The notes under the pieces are model-generated. The model did not search any database. It had not been told where the DNA came from and saw only the letters and a program-made list of their open reading frames with translations. Below are positions 14,135-28,100 of a stretch of 64,000 nt of DNA, piece after piece (the stretch's first letter is position 1; the number at the start of each line of letters is the position of its first letter). The stretch comes from Chrysomallon squamiferum (lineage: Eukaryota; Animalia; Mollusca): contig CM022665.1 of the NCBI GenBank assembly GCA_012295275.1, positions 19,344,001-19,408,000 on the forward strand, given 5' to 3'. The position numbers and the translations under genes were made by a program.

Positions 14135-17100
14135 AAGTTGAATGTCATCACATTCTTTTATTTATATTTTCAGGCTTATAAGATCATTTACCAAGGTGAA
14201 GGACTAGTTTTGAACATGCTTAAAAACATTCATTGAACTATGCTTGACAGAAATATTTTAAATGGAATTAGAACTGTATCCAAATAGTGTTATTCTGTAT
14301 TAAGAAACTAATGCTATCCATTGACTATCACTTAGAATCTAAAATATATTAACAGCCTTTTTTTTTCAAACTACTGTTTTTACAACTATAAATAATTCCA
14401 GAAGACTTGAGAATTATCTGAAAATATGTGTGATGTTTAAAGGTGATTTCTTGATTATGTATGATCCTCATTATTTATTTAAGTGGTACTGTTATCACAT
14501 TAAGTCAAGGGTGAATATCCAGAACAGTTATTTATATCATTTTAAAATTTTAAAGCTTTGATTTATTTATTAATTTTACTTGTATCATGGCAGACCAAAG
14601 ATTATTGGCATTAAACTCTATATATCTATATATATACATATAGATATAATTATATTGGATTATTTTTCTTCATTTTAGAAGATACTGTATCATTTAGAAC
14701 TTGTATTTTTAATACTATTACAAAAAAAATAATAAAATAAAAAATTGTTTCAAAATTTAGGTCATGCATTCCTTTACAGATGAATATTTGTTCAAATTTA
14801 AATGTACTGAGATGGCTTTTGTATTTATTTTTTAATTTTATTTTACTTCAGTTAGATAGTAGTTGATTCAACAATGTTTTGTGGTGGTGGTATATTACAT
14901 AGGTTTTGGATCCACTTCATAACAAACAAAATATCCTATCAAATTCTTTCATAAGAATCATTGTCTAAATTATGCAAGCTATTGCCTGTAATGTGCTTTT
15001 TTCTTTTTAAATGTTACTGTTTACATGATACAAAATAAATAATTAAAATTAATATGTGAAAGGTGTTTTTGTGTTGTTTTTCTAAAACTTGTTTTGTTAT
15101 TTATTATTAGAATTTAACTTATTTGAAGTAGTAAAAGTTTACAAAATTCTAATAATAATTGTTAGCAACTTGATGTGCCGAAATAACAATAAAGAAAAAT
15201 ATAATTTAAAATTTAACAGTACTTTTTATGTTTTAACTTTTTCATGGGTCTCATTTAGAGAGATTCACTAATGGAAGCTTTAGAAAAGGGGGGGAAAATT
15301 ATTTTTTTTTTAAATTAATATCTGTTAAACTAGTGAGTTTCAGTTTTATTTTTAAAAATAGATTAAATGTAGTTCACACTATAAGTTAAATTTTAAATTT
15401 AAAATGTTTTTCACTGCTGTAATCAAAAGTTTTAAGATTAAACTTCATAACTGACTATGGACTAAAATAAAATGTTCTATTAAGATCTTTATGCACTACT
15501 CTATTATGGAAAGAAATGAACAATGGTATAGAATCAAATTATATTCACACATGAATAAATTTGTTTGTTTATATATGCATTAGATCACAGTTTTCCGACA
15601 TATATCTTCCACAATTAGGTATGTACACAAACCATTTACAGGGTTAAGTGTGTGAAAAAAAAAAAAATATATATATATATATATATATTGTATAGATTAA
15701 TGTAAGCAATTGACTGTTTTTAAATATAATAAAAACAAAATGCCTGTAAGTCCACTACAAAAATGATTTACCTTTTATATTTTAGTTACTTTAGTAATAT
15801 TTATAAATGCTGATGTACAAATTACTTCCGCAGCAATTACTTAAAGCATTCTCCCTGCTGATGATAACTCCTAACATTAAATGTCACTAATACTAAAACA
15901 GGCATATTATGCTCTAAAAAATCCAGATTAACATTCATGTGATGGAAAAGCACTTTAATAGACTATCTGCATATTTACATTGATAAAGGAAAGAAAACAG
16001 ATTTTTTTTTTCTACATACAAATGCATTTCATCTTTAATTTTAGAAACATAGATTAAAATATTGCTTTATATGGACTCTGTTACAGAGTTAAAAACAAAC
16101 AAAAAAGATTCCTGCTACAAGAATAACTCATTTGTAAATATACATATATACAATATTAATAGATAGTCATTTTAAAAAACAAATAAAGAAAAAGGATAAA
16201 GAAACAAAATTTACAAATATATTTAAAACATATTTTAAAATGTTAATTATAAACTGAGAAACAAAAAATCAGCAAGCTTAACCTCTCTGTAAGCTTGTAA
16301 CACATAAGCTGTTCCAGAAAAACATTGTAATTGTTTGTGACAAATATTATGTGTTATGCAATTTGTTGATCATTGATGAACAGTTTAAATGTAATTCCTG
16401 CTTCAAGATTTAAGCTATATCCTGCTTTGTGTAATGTAAACTGTCCAAAACCAAAATTATAATGATGTCTATTACTATTAAAGCAAACGCAAGCAACCTT
16501 TCTTGCATTGAGACATTTTAACTTAACCAATCTTTCAGTTACAATACCCCTTTTAGTATGCATATATTTTAAAAGGCAACAGAATGAAAAATTATATATA
16601 GTGTGTTAGATAATGAAACATCTGAACTATTAATTTCATTTATTAATTTGCAGAAACATTTTGATCATGAATTTTTAACAACTGTTTAATAAAAATAGCA
16701 AAATATAACTATCCTTTATCAGTTAAAACCATTCTTAGTTTGATGAATTTAGGTGCAAAATTTTGCAAAAATAATTCATAAAATAAAATTATAAAATAAT
16801 GAAAAAGAAAAATAAATTAAAAGAAAACATTAATAGCATAATCAGAAAGTGGAATGTGCCTTAACCAAGGAATCCAGACATGTACATAATATATAATTTT
16901 AATAACATTTTACAATTTTTAAATTAAATATTAAAACAAGAAAATGGATTAAAATTAACTGGGATCAAATATAAAAACCATTAGACCACAAAATATTATG
17001 ATCATGTGTTATATGCATATGGTACAAACAAATAATATATGAACTTGTTCTAACTATCAAAATTAGACAAACAAAACATTAAGAACAAGTGCTTGGAACT

Positions 17101-17809
17101 TCAAAAAAATTAACTGAATGAACTTAATATAAGTTAATAAACAATGAACTTCAACAAAATACTAAAAATGATACGCAATTTTCCCCATGCCTGATATATG
17201 TAAGAATGATTCTGATTAAAGTCTTTAACAGAATATTCTATAATTATTCATATTATGTGCAACCAATCAGTGTCAACTGATACAAATGACTAATTCATTA
17301 ACAAATTCTGTAATATGGATAGTAGTTAAATCTGTATTAATGTATCTAAATGCACCAAAAACAAGTAGACTTAAAAATTTATTATGTTAATATTTATTTA
17401 AAAATATACTGAAAAATGTATGATCTTAAATGTATTATAGTTATGTACTTTTACTTCACTTATATGGATAATTCCTATTTCCAATTTTGTAAATGTCATT
17501 TTAAAAGGTTCACTGAGTACAAAGCATGAATCGACTTATTTACCTATCTGTATGCTTTCAAGGCTGCAATTAATGAATGAAATTTACTTATCACAGATCC
17601 CAAATAACCAGGTCAGAGGTGGAACAAAAACACAAACTGACAACATAATGCATTCTGCAAAAAGAAGGCTGCTGAAATAATTATTGTGAAGAATAAGAAA
17701 TTATCATTCTCGTATTCTGCGACAAAGTCGATCTCAGTTAATTTATCATCTAGATATATTCTCAAACATTTGATCAAATCATGACATAATGTCAACAAAT
17801 CTGTAACAT

Positions 17810-17954
17810 TCATTATGTTAAAACCCATAAGAGAAATAATATGAAATTATTTAGAAGCAGGTATCTGAATACTGATTTCTGTTAATTTCAGCATTTATCA
17901 TATATCTGTGTAGAAAAATGATTAGTTAAAATTTGTACTACTTGTCATGTTACT
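17810..17954 (+). repeat. ~145-bp dispersed direct repeat, copy A (presumed PPP1R37 3' UTR side)
   Basis: Near-identical to 20021-20163 (TCATTATGTTAAAACCCATAAGAG...CTTGTCATGTTACT), differing by a 2-nt indel and one substitution. Confidence 0.93.
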
Positions 17955-18496
17955 AAGTAAGCTAATAGCCCTTAATGCAATACAGTTAATACAGGTATGC
18001 TCTACATGTACATGTATATTAGGGTGTGCTGAGAGAATTATCACCACAGTCTCCACTGCCCTGACAAAATGATTTGTGAGAGACAGAGAGAGTTAATGAT
18101 GAGTCCGTGAGAAAGAGGAAACTTCACATGGAATTGTTTTTACTGATATGTGACGATCTTTTAATTTAAACAACAGTCTTATTTCATTTTGAAACATTGT
18201 GAATAACAAAAATACATTTACTGAAACAATTCATTAGGTATTTTACAATGCTGTGACAGCTCACAAAGACAAAACAAAAATAAATCAATAAATAAAATAA
18301 ATCAATAAAATAAAATAAATAAATAATGAAACAAACCAAAAAAAACTCCAAATTACAAACATGACAAGGCAAATGCACAGTATATCTGTTAAAATAATCC
18401 TGATTTAAATTTATATTATTTTCTCCTGCACTGCTTTTATACCGATATCCATATGTGTATACAATGTATACTGTGTGTATAATGTGCATATGTGTG

Positions 18497-18530
<34 letters not shown>

Positions 18531-19172
18531 TATTATTTAAGCTGATCTGAGTTATACAATGAAAATAACAGAAAGATTTAGCTGTTGTCACTAACCACTT
18601 AGCATAGGGTGGGTTTTTTGTTTTTTGTTGTTGTTTTTATCTTGAACTTCTTATCAATAAAAAATATGCATATATGTCAGTAATTTATGTGGATTATTCA
18701 TAACAAGATTTAATTTATTATACAGGTTCAATGAAGTTTGTGAAGTGTAAATTCTTAATTTTAAAAGAAAACTGAATTTAAGCAGTAAATACATTTGTAC
18801 AGATAACCAAAAAAAAGGAAAAAAAAAGAAAGAACATGTTTCTTTCTCGCAAACCTATTTTCACAGACTATAACTGGACATAATTATCATTAATTAATAT
18901 GTGTCAATATTAATTGTATTATTATAATTATTATTAGTTAAAAATAATGTTGATTTGCATTAGCAAACAAAGGAAAAACAATTGAATTTTAAAATGGCAA
19001 CAGAAAACATGAAAATACTCTTTCATAGAGTTACACATATACTTCATCAACTCTGACTCAGAATATTATGATGAAATTAGCATGGCAATGCACTGAGGGT
19101 TTATTCATAACAGTACATTTTTATTGTACAGTGTATTGTTTTTTCACACACAGTGATTTCCACAAAGCCATG

Positions 19173-22100
19173 TCAGGACTTATCTTCTGCAGTTTCTTTG
19201 GTTTGCTTACTTACTTCACTAGATGATCCTGTAAAAAAAATAAAATAAAATAAAATAAAGAAAAAGAAAATTAAATAAAGAAAAATACCCATGACTATTT
19301 ACATTTCAATTATCATTATAAATTTAAATTTTGATTTCAACCTTTTTAACTTGATACTTATTTATTTATTTATTATTTAAATTAATTTTAATCACACTGT
19401 AAAATTTATGCTAAATAAATCTAATGAGAATTTTTGATAGATGTTTACATTTATAAATGTCAAATGTTTGGCCCATAAATTATGACTATTTTAAAATTAT
19501 TCTGCATTGATTTTATATATAAAGAAAGTGAAATAATTAGTAACAAGACCATTTAATCATTGTTTTTGTGAGAGATTTCAGTCAAAAAAAATTGTATAAG
19601 AAATTCATATACACTCAGATAGTTGAATATTTTAACGTTAAAAAATACAAATTACAGGTAATTTTGCATTTAAATTTACAAACAAGATTATTTAAAAATA
19701 AATAATCAGCTTAAAATACCTGTGCCGGTTGTGTATCACTGGTTAAAGACCAGTAAGTAACAACTAACATGCATAATTTTAAAATAAAATACATACATGC
19801 ATACAAAAAGTATAGAAAAATACTAAATAAAAACTTTTATGAAACTTTCATTTTGACAAATACATGAAAACTAGAAAATTAAGAGCAGATAAAAGGTACA
19901 CTTGGAGTTTATAATTTATAATACAAGTACTCAATTATCATAGAATAATCTATAATTAAGTAATGTCAATGCAATATTGTAAGCTGAGCAGCTTAAAACA
20001 ATTTGGAAATATAAATTAAATCATTATGTTAAAACCCATAAGAGAAATAATGAAATTATTTAGAAGCAGGTATCTGAATACTGATTTCTGTTAATTTCAG
20101 CATTTATCATATATCTGTGTAGAAAAATGATTAGTTAAAATTTGTACTGCTTGTCATGTTACTCAAGTATTTATATACTATCTCAGAATCAGATAACTTT
20201 TTTCACTTTAAATAATTATTTGCAAAGAAAAAATGAACTGGATATTTAATTTTCAACGGTCAAATAAAAAAATAAAAATATCATGCAGCCTGTTGACTTG
20301 AACAAAATATATACTGTAAGTACAAGATTTTATTAACATTATTTCTTTTTTATTTTCAAACAAAAATTAATGTAATAATACTAATATATAAATTAAAACA
20401 TAAAACAAAACTACTTCTTAGAAGTAGCAATACTGTGAACTGTCGAAGTTATAATACAGTAAACCTCGCCTAAGTTTTCTGCATTTAAGTCGTCACCTTG
20501 TCAAAAGTCTAACACATTTTTACCTGCTATCCCAAGCTATTGGCATAGATGTAGACAGGGTTGCATTGGGATACTGATGTGCACATGACTTGCCTTGTGT
20601 ATGGATGAATGAATTAACTTATTATTTTGAAAATGCACTCACTATACTATTTTAGTGTACAAAATGGCAACTAGCAGAAAGAGACAGCTGATAGCCAAGA
20701 CTTACAAGAAAAAGTGTGAAATAATTAAGTATTGTGAAGCCAGTTCTGGAGAAAAAAAGGGTATGACAGTGGAAAGAGTCAAGATTCCCCAACCAACATT
20801 AAATGACATTTTTGAAAACAAATCTAAAGTGACTGAGGCCATCGAGATGGGTGAGCATCCTAATTCAAGAAAAGGATGTATGAAACACACCAAGCACATG
20901 ACGTTTGAAGATGTCGACTCCGCGCTAATTAAATGGTTTCAACAAATGGCTGCTAGACCTGAAATTCATATCAATGGTGAAATGCTACTTCAAAAAGCTT
21001 GAGGCTCTTCTGAGCCACCTGGTCATGAGGATGGTGAGAAACTGAATGACAGTTGGACTGATCATTTTAAGGAAAGGTAGAGAATCAGAAAAGTTGTTTA
21101 ATCTGGGGGTGCTAAACAGCAACAGTTGATGAATGGAAAACAGAATAATTGAAGGACATTCTCCAGAGATGTGAACCACAGGACATATATAATGCCAATG
21201 AAAACAGATTATTCTTGCTGCTGCAACCAGAAAACACACTAGGTTTCAAGAGTACATCCTACAATGGAAAAAAGGAGAATAAAACAAGGATCACAATCTT
21301 TGTTTGCACAAATATGGATGGATCTGACAAGTTACCTCTGCACACAATAGAAAAAAGCAAGAAGCCAAGAGCATTCAAAATTGTATGTAGATTACCTGTT
21401 TACTATTCAGCAAATAAGAAAGTTTGGATGACATCAGTATAGTTCAACGCATGAATGAGAAACCTCAACAGGAAGATGGGATTGCTGAAGTGAAAAATAT
21501 GCATTCTTCTTATGAATACCAAAACATCAAGCTGGTCTTTTTGCTGCCAAACACTACAAGACATATACAGTTGATGGACGTTAGGATCATAAAAAATCTG
21601 AAGTTCCACTACCGACAAATCCTTACAGCTAGACATCTAACCGCTGCTGAAAATGAGTCAGAATTCCCATTCAAACGGGACCAACTAGACACTATTTTTG
21701 AACTTAAGATTGCATGGTCTCAGGTTTTTCAGGCAACAGTTGCCAACTGTTTGAAAAAGACAGGCTTCAAAACAACTGAAAGTGATGATGATGACATTAG
21801 TGTTGCAGCAGATGAGAATGAAGATGAAGGTAATCATGAGCTGAACCAACAGTTTCATAACATTTGGGACAGATTTCAACAGGTTTTCGGTAAAGACGCC
21901 AAAAAAGGAGTACATTGATGTTGATACAGAAAAGGTTGGGACTCAAGAAATTACAGAGGTCGAGATCGTAGAGACTGTTAAATCCAGAGATACAAGCGAT
22001 ACAGATGATCAAGACATGGATAGCGATGACCCAGTGGCTGAAACTGTTAATCCTCCTCCAGCTGTCAACAAAACTGTCAAAGCTCTTGACGTTCTGAAGT

Positions 22101-25100
22101 GGTTTGCTACATCAGTTGCAGATTGTCCATCTGAGATTATTGATTTGGGGGACAAATATGAAACATTCAAACAAGGTGAAATTCCAAAACGGCTGAGGCA
22201 GACTACTATTGAGGATTACTTTAACTGGATGAAACATGAAAGCCTACCCTGTAAGAATTAAGTCTTAATTTAAATTTTGAATGTACATTTGGAAACACTA
22301 CATGTTTATTTGAAATGCTACATGATTATAAAATGATATTAAAGTTTAAACATCTAGTGTTTTAAGTTAATACTTATCTCGTACAATGCCAAAACCCCAA
22401 GCGTTCAGTGTTTTAAATTATCACTGAATTTTTACAGAACCAAGCAGCATCAATGGTGTTTGATCTTCAATTTATTTCTCATTAATCAAAGTCCCTTTAT
22501 GCGGCTGAACTAATCAATATTTTTGTGATCTGAGGAACAAAATCAATTTTTTTTTTATTTGTTCAGAAAGTTGTAATTTATAACTTTGTAATTAATAACA
22601 TGTATAATATACATGTACTTCATTCTTAAACAAAGACAATCAATCACCAAATATCAGCACAAGGTCTTCTCAAAGGAATCCTGCAAGCATTTTGATGTTA
22701 TGTACTCTCTCTTCACTTATTACAAAACAATTTGGACATGTTAGAATATACAGTAGAATCCTGCTTAAATGGACACCATTGTAACCAGGACAAAAGCACC
22801 CTGACTATGAGGACAGTCATTTCAGCCCCAAACACCACTGTAACCAGGACAAAAGCACCCCGACTGAGGACAGTCAATTCAGCCCCAAACACCATTGTAA
22901 CCAGGACAAAAGCACCCCGACTATGAGGACAGTCAATTCAGCCCCAAACACCCTTGTAATAAGGATAGTTTAGTTCAGTTCCTAAGGTGTCCTTAGAAGT
23001 GAGATTCTACTGTATTCATATGCAATCTCATCTTAGTAAGCAAGTTATGTTCTACTGTACTTAACTTTTTTAAGTTCACAGTTATGTTCTTTTCATAGTT
23101 ACTCAGCTCACGTTGCAAATAAATATTTTTGTTTGGAAATTAAGCAAAATTTAAAAAATAACAATTAAAATTGAGCTTTTCTTCTGCTCAACATCCACAG
23201 GGACATTCGCTGACAGTCCTCTGCCTCCAACTGATCGAAAACCTTTAATTTCATTGGATATCTCCCTTTCACACTGAAGTCTGTATACACAATAATTCTG
23301 CCTTAACCCTAGCTCAATGCTTTCCTGCTACATTTGTCTTTGAAGTCTGGTGAACTAGGGGATTCTCGGACTACGCCACCATACCAGTGATGTAGCTTTC
23401 GGTAATTAATTGAATAAATAAGCATAATAACTGATATGTTTGCTCAAAGTGGAGTTATGTCTGATAATAATGATATGCAGCATAGAATTGACAATGCACA
23501 AGCTGAATAGCATTATTGCAGCATTTCTATGCTCTGTGTTAACTCTACAGGGATACCCATGAGGATAACTTATCTGATAAGTCATCATTTTGCCGACTTA
23601 TATTTACAAGAAGTCATTATGACGACTTAGCATTATGTGTCATATCTTTAAGTTGTTAGAAAAATCTTGGTCCTGAAAGTGACAACTTAGGCAAGGTTTA
23701 TTGTGCTATACTACAAACTGAATACATTTCCTGTAATTACTCACTTCAGTTCAATCTAACATGTACAGTCAATAATATAAACTTAAATGATGTTAATGTT
23801 ATATGACTAACTCCTTATCAGCAGTATGCATTGTTCTACTAATACCATGACAAGAAAGCCCTGTTTTTGATAACCATTTTGGATACTGGCTGGATGTGGA
23901 GTAGCCCGAGGAAGATTAATTCTTCAACTAGTCGTACATCAGGCCAATATTCAACCAGTGATTTACGTTACTCCTAAGAACACTGATGTAATACACAAAC
24001 TCATAATTTGTTCTATAATTTAACAATAAAAAGCAAAGAAAAATTGAACATAAATATTAATATTAATGAAAGCTAAAAGTAAAAGAAATAAAATTAAAAA
24101 ATAACAAAGAAAAAAAATAACATCTTGCTCCCTCTGAATTGTCTAAAATAAAAAGGACAGATTGTTAGTCTGAATACACTGATCCATTATTTTAGCATAC
24201 TTACCCAGAAATGGCCAAGTGTTCTGACTTTGATAAATATTGGCCAACATTGCATCTAATTCTCTTTCAAATTCATCAGGTGTACTTAACTCAACTAGTT
24301 TTGAAAAAAAAATATGAAGTGAACAAAAAATTTGGCACAGTACTAAAATAGTCTCCAACTATGGTGAAAAATACATAAATATATCAGATAAAACCTGTAT
24401 GGATCCACAACAAACGCAAACATATTTGATGTACAAGAAGGTAAGTTATTATTTGTGTGTCATTCATGTCGTACAATACTGACATTAAAACAAAATTAAT
24501 AATAATTAATGAAAGCATTATGCTATTTTTGCAGAAGTAACTTGTAAAAGTAATTAGTATTTAAATTATAATAAATATATAAATATAAACAAGTATTTCA
24601 ATATCTGAATATTGAAAGGTTAAAACAAATAGTAAAAAAATTAAAGGTATATATATATATTAATTATAACAAAAAACACCAAAAGCAACAACAACCAAAA
24701 CAAAACAGATGCTAAACAAAACATATAATGGACTATGTAAATACAAATATTATATGGATAATGAATTAAAATACACACACAAATTAGCATCTATAAAAGA
24801 AAAGGTAATGAAAAAATGATCCACAAAGGTTTCATATTTTTAAGTAGGTGCCTACTTACCATCAGAATAATTTATGTCTCCTTTTTCATCAAGAGCATCC
24901 AGAACACTGGCCAGTTCGCAAGCAAGCCCATTTACAGACAGATTGGTATGGAAGTTGGGTTTCTCTTTCTGCTGGCTGTCGGCAGAATCTTGTGAATGAG
25001 ACAACTGTTCACCCAAATTTGAAGAATCCACTTTTAGCCACTGTTCGTTTTCATAGCTGCCAATTTCTGAATTAATCAATGAGTAGTTTTTTGCAGAATC

Positions 25101-28100
25101 TGTGCCTTGCATTGAATAATTTGTTAATAAACTTGATCCAGTATTGCTTTCTTCAACATTTAAATCTTTAGCACTTTGAGAACCAACTAAATCTCTGGAC
25201 TTTTCCATGCCAGCTTCAACTATTTGTTGGTCTTCAGTTGACTTTTTTGTTTCCTCTGTTGAGGCTTCTTCCAAATTATGTTCTGAATCTTTATTAATTG
25301 TGAACTTATTCTTTTTATCCTGCAAAGAACCGCATTCACCTTTAGTGGAAAGCTCAACATTAAGTTGATAGTCAGCATCACTTTCTGATGTAACACATTT
25401 GGTGGTTGAAATGTCTGAAACAGTTACTACATTTCTGGTCTTTGACAGCTGACTCTTAGAATCATCTTTTATACCTCTGTCAAGATTTGTGGCAGAAAGT
25501 TCTGTGGTATTTGCAACATTATCAGACAGCATTGTATTTGAACTGGTGACTTCATCACAATAATCTGGATTTACAACATCTTCAGACGAAAATGTATTTA
25601 CTTTAACAGGATGATTTTCTTTTTCACCAACTGATATTTCTTTCAAATGATTTTTACTATCAGCATTATCAGTATCTGTGAGCAAATTACTTCTATCACA
25701 TTTTGTACCATCTTCTGAAACCTGTTTAGTTTCAGTACTTCTGACATTATCAGATTTAACAGGTCTAAAATGAGCTCCATCAACCGTCACTATCTGATCC
25801 ACAAGTTCATTCAGTGTCTCTTTAGCCAAAGTCTGGCAAAGAGCAGTCGCACTGATACCAGAACTTTCCACAGGTGATGAAACGACAACACCTGCTGTTG
25901 ACAAAGAGCTCTCAGAGACTTTGCTAACAGAAAATATTTTTTTAGCTGTAAGCTGTGGTACATACTGTGGACTGAGCAGTAGTTCTGCTGGAGGAGTGGT
26001 TATGAAAGATTCTGAGGTGCTGATGCTAGCTAACTGAAGTGTCAGGCTTCGATGGCTGCTAGAAGAATCATGCACGGGAATGTTTTCATGTGAAAGTTGG
26101 TGGAAGTCTTGAGGAGACTCTAACATCTGTTGTGGAGTTGTGTCATGAGAAAACAACAACTTTGGCCTTTGTATTTTCTCTGAAGAAGGAATATAAGATT
26201 TGGTATCTTCAGGTGACGGATCATTTTCCATCAACTCTGTATGCTCCACTGATAAATTAGAAATCCTCTGTTCAGTTTCCTTCAATGCCTTATTTTCTTC
26301 TTCCAGATGAAGAGCAAGTCTCTGATTGCGATCCATGTAGGTAATTATTTCATGGTGAAGTCGTCTTTGCTGAACTGCATAGTCTTTCATTGCCTGCAAA
26401 AGTAAGAAAAAAGTAAAGATCAGTTAGTGTTGTTATAGAATATGTAGTTTTGAAAAACATTTTGTTATTTACAGTATATTTGGTGAATCTCACAAAATGA
26501 AAAACACATCTATATTCCTAACAGAATGGTTTTTTTTTTTTAAATTAGTAATCTCTGGAGCCCTTTAAAAATGGTGTCTTAAAAAACAAGGAAGAAGAAG
26601 AAATATAGCATTTACTTTGGAAAAAATAAAATGGATTGAAAGTTTTCTCATAGCAGGATTTTCACTCACTGATTCTTTCTTTGTGTCCCTGTCCAGATCA
26701 ATTCTGGTGACAGTCTCATTTACTCTCATTGCTAATGACAGTGCCATAAGTCCAGCTGTTTTAATTTCATTTTCTCGTAAATCCAGTCGTAAAAGTCTTG
26801 GACTGTCTGCGATGTACTCCGCAAGAGCAACAGCTCCTAAAAATATTATTTTAAATAATAATTACTTTATAAATAAAGGCTAGTTAAAAACAAACGCAAT
26901 AAACTTGGATTTTGTCAGAAATTAATCCTCTGATACAGTTTGGCATTTTAAGATTGATTATTGATTTCTTATATAAAACAAAATCTTCTAGTGGTTGAAC
27001 AACTGTTACAAAGAAATAATACAAACAAAACAAACCTTCACATGTTATTTTAACCCCTTGAAGACCAAGACGAAGCAAAGATTTATTCTTCAAAAGGCCA
27101 TCTTTAACTCTGTGAATTCCTTCATTAGTTATGTTGTTATGTCCAAGATTTAAAGTAACAAGCGTTTCAGTAGATGTCTGGAGAAAGAACAATGAATAGT
27201 TACTTAAACTGATGGGAAACACTTTAAAAAGCAGAATCATTTCAATAAATCGTTTCCAAGAAACATAGTGATTAATAACAAAAAAAAACAAAAAAAAAAA
27301 AAAAAACCTTCACACAAATACCTAACTAAATATTCTTTTATTTTAAAATTAAAAGTAATATGTTCAAGAACTAATATTATTAAACAAATGAAATATTACA
27401 AATCAGAGTACCAGAGCTCTGCCTAGTGGTGCCATAGCTTGATAGGTAATGCCATTATTCCAAAGAACAAGAGTTTTCAGACCCATTGACAAATTCTGTT
27501 CAAACAGCCCATCGCTGAGGTGGCTGGTCCCAACATCCTGCATAATAATAATTTTTTTGAAAAAGCAAAGAAAAAAGACCAATCTAATTGTGCGAATATC
27601 TATATAATATAGTTAGTTACATAGGCTTTGTCAAACTTCTCACAAGCACAAAAGTATCTGCAGTGAATCTCTTACATTATTATAAACAATAATATTGATG
27701 AACTATTCACCTGCTGTATTTGAAATTTGTTTCTATGGGATAAAAATATAGGATCAGTAGCAAATTATAATATAAAAAAATACAGAAACATGCAACTTTA
27801 TAACAAAAGAGAATTGATTTAGTGTTATAACTTGATTATTTTTGATATTAGAAAAAGAAATAGTGTTTAAAATTCAAACTATACCTGGAGATGATTGTTT
27901 CTAACATCCAATAACTGTAAATGATGGTTGAACTTCAACAGAGTTCCTAGTTGAATTCCATCACTAGCCATCAGTTTGTTATCAGCAAGAAACAATTCCT
28001 CCAAAATTTCATTCATCTTCAAAGCAGCAACTGTTATATACATTATGATAAAAAAAATATTATCCTATAATATATATATACATTAAACTATATTCTGATA

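Noticed and set aside
22773-22947. Regular repeats resembling a CRISPR array, and the repetitive ORFs 22713-22895 and 22732-22926
   Set aside because: The units are contiguous with no unique spacers and lie inside a eukaryotic MITE. The ORFs are by-products of the repeat.
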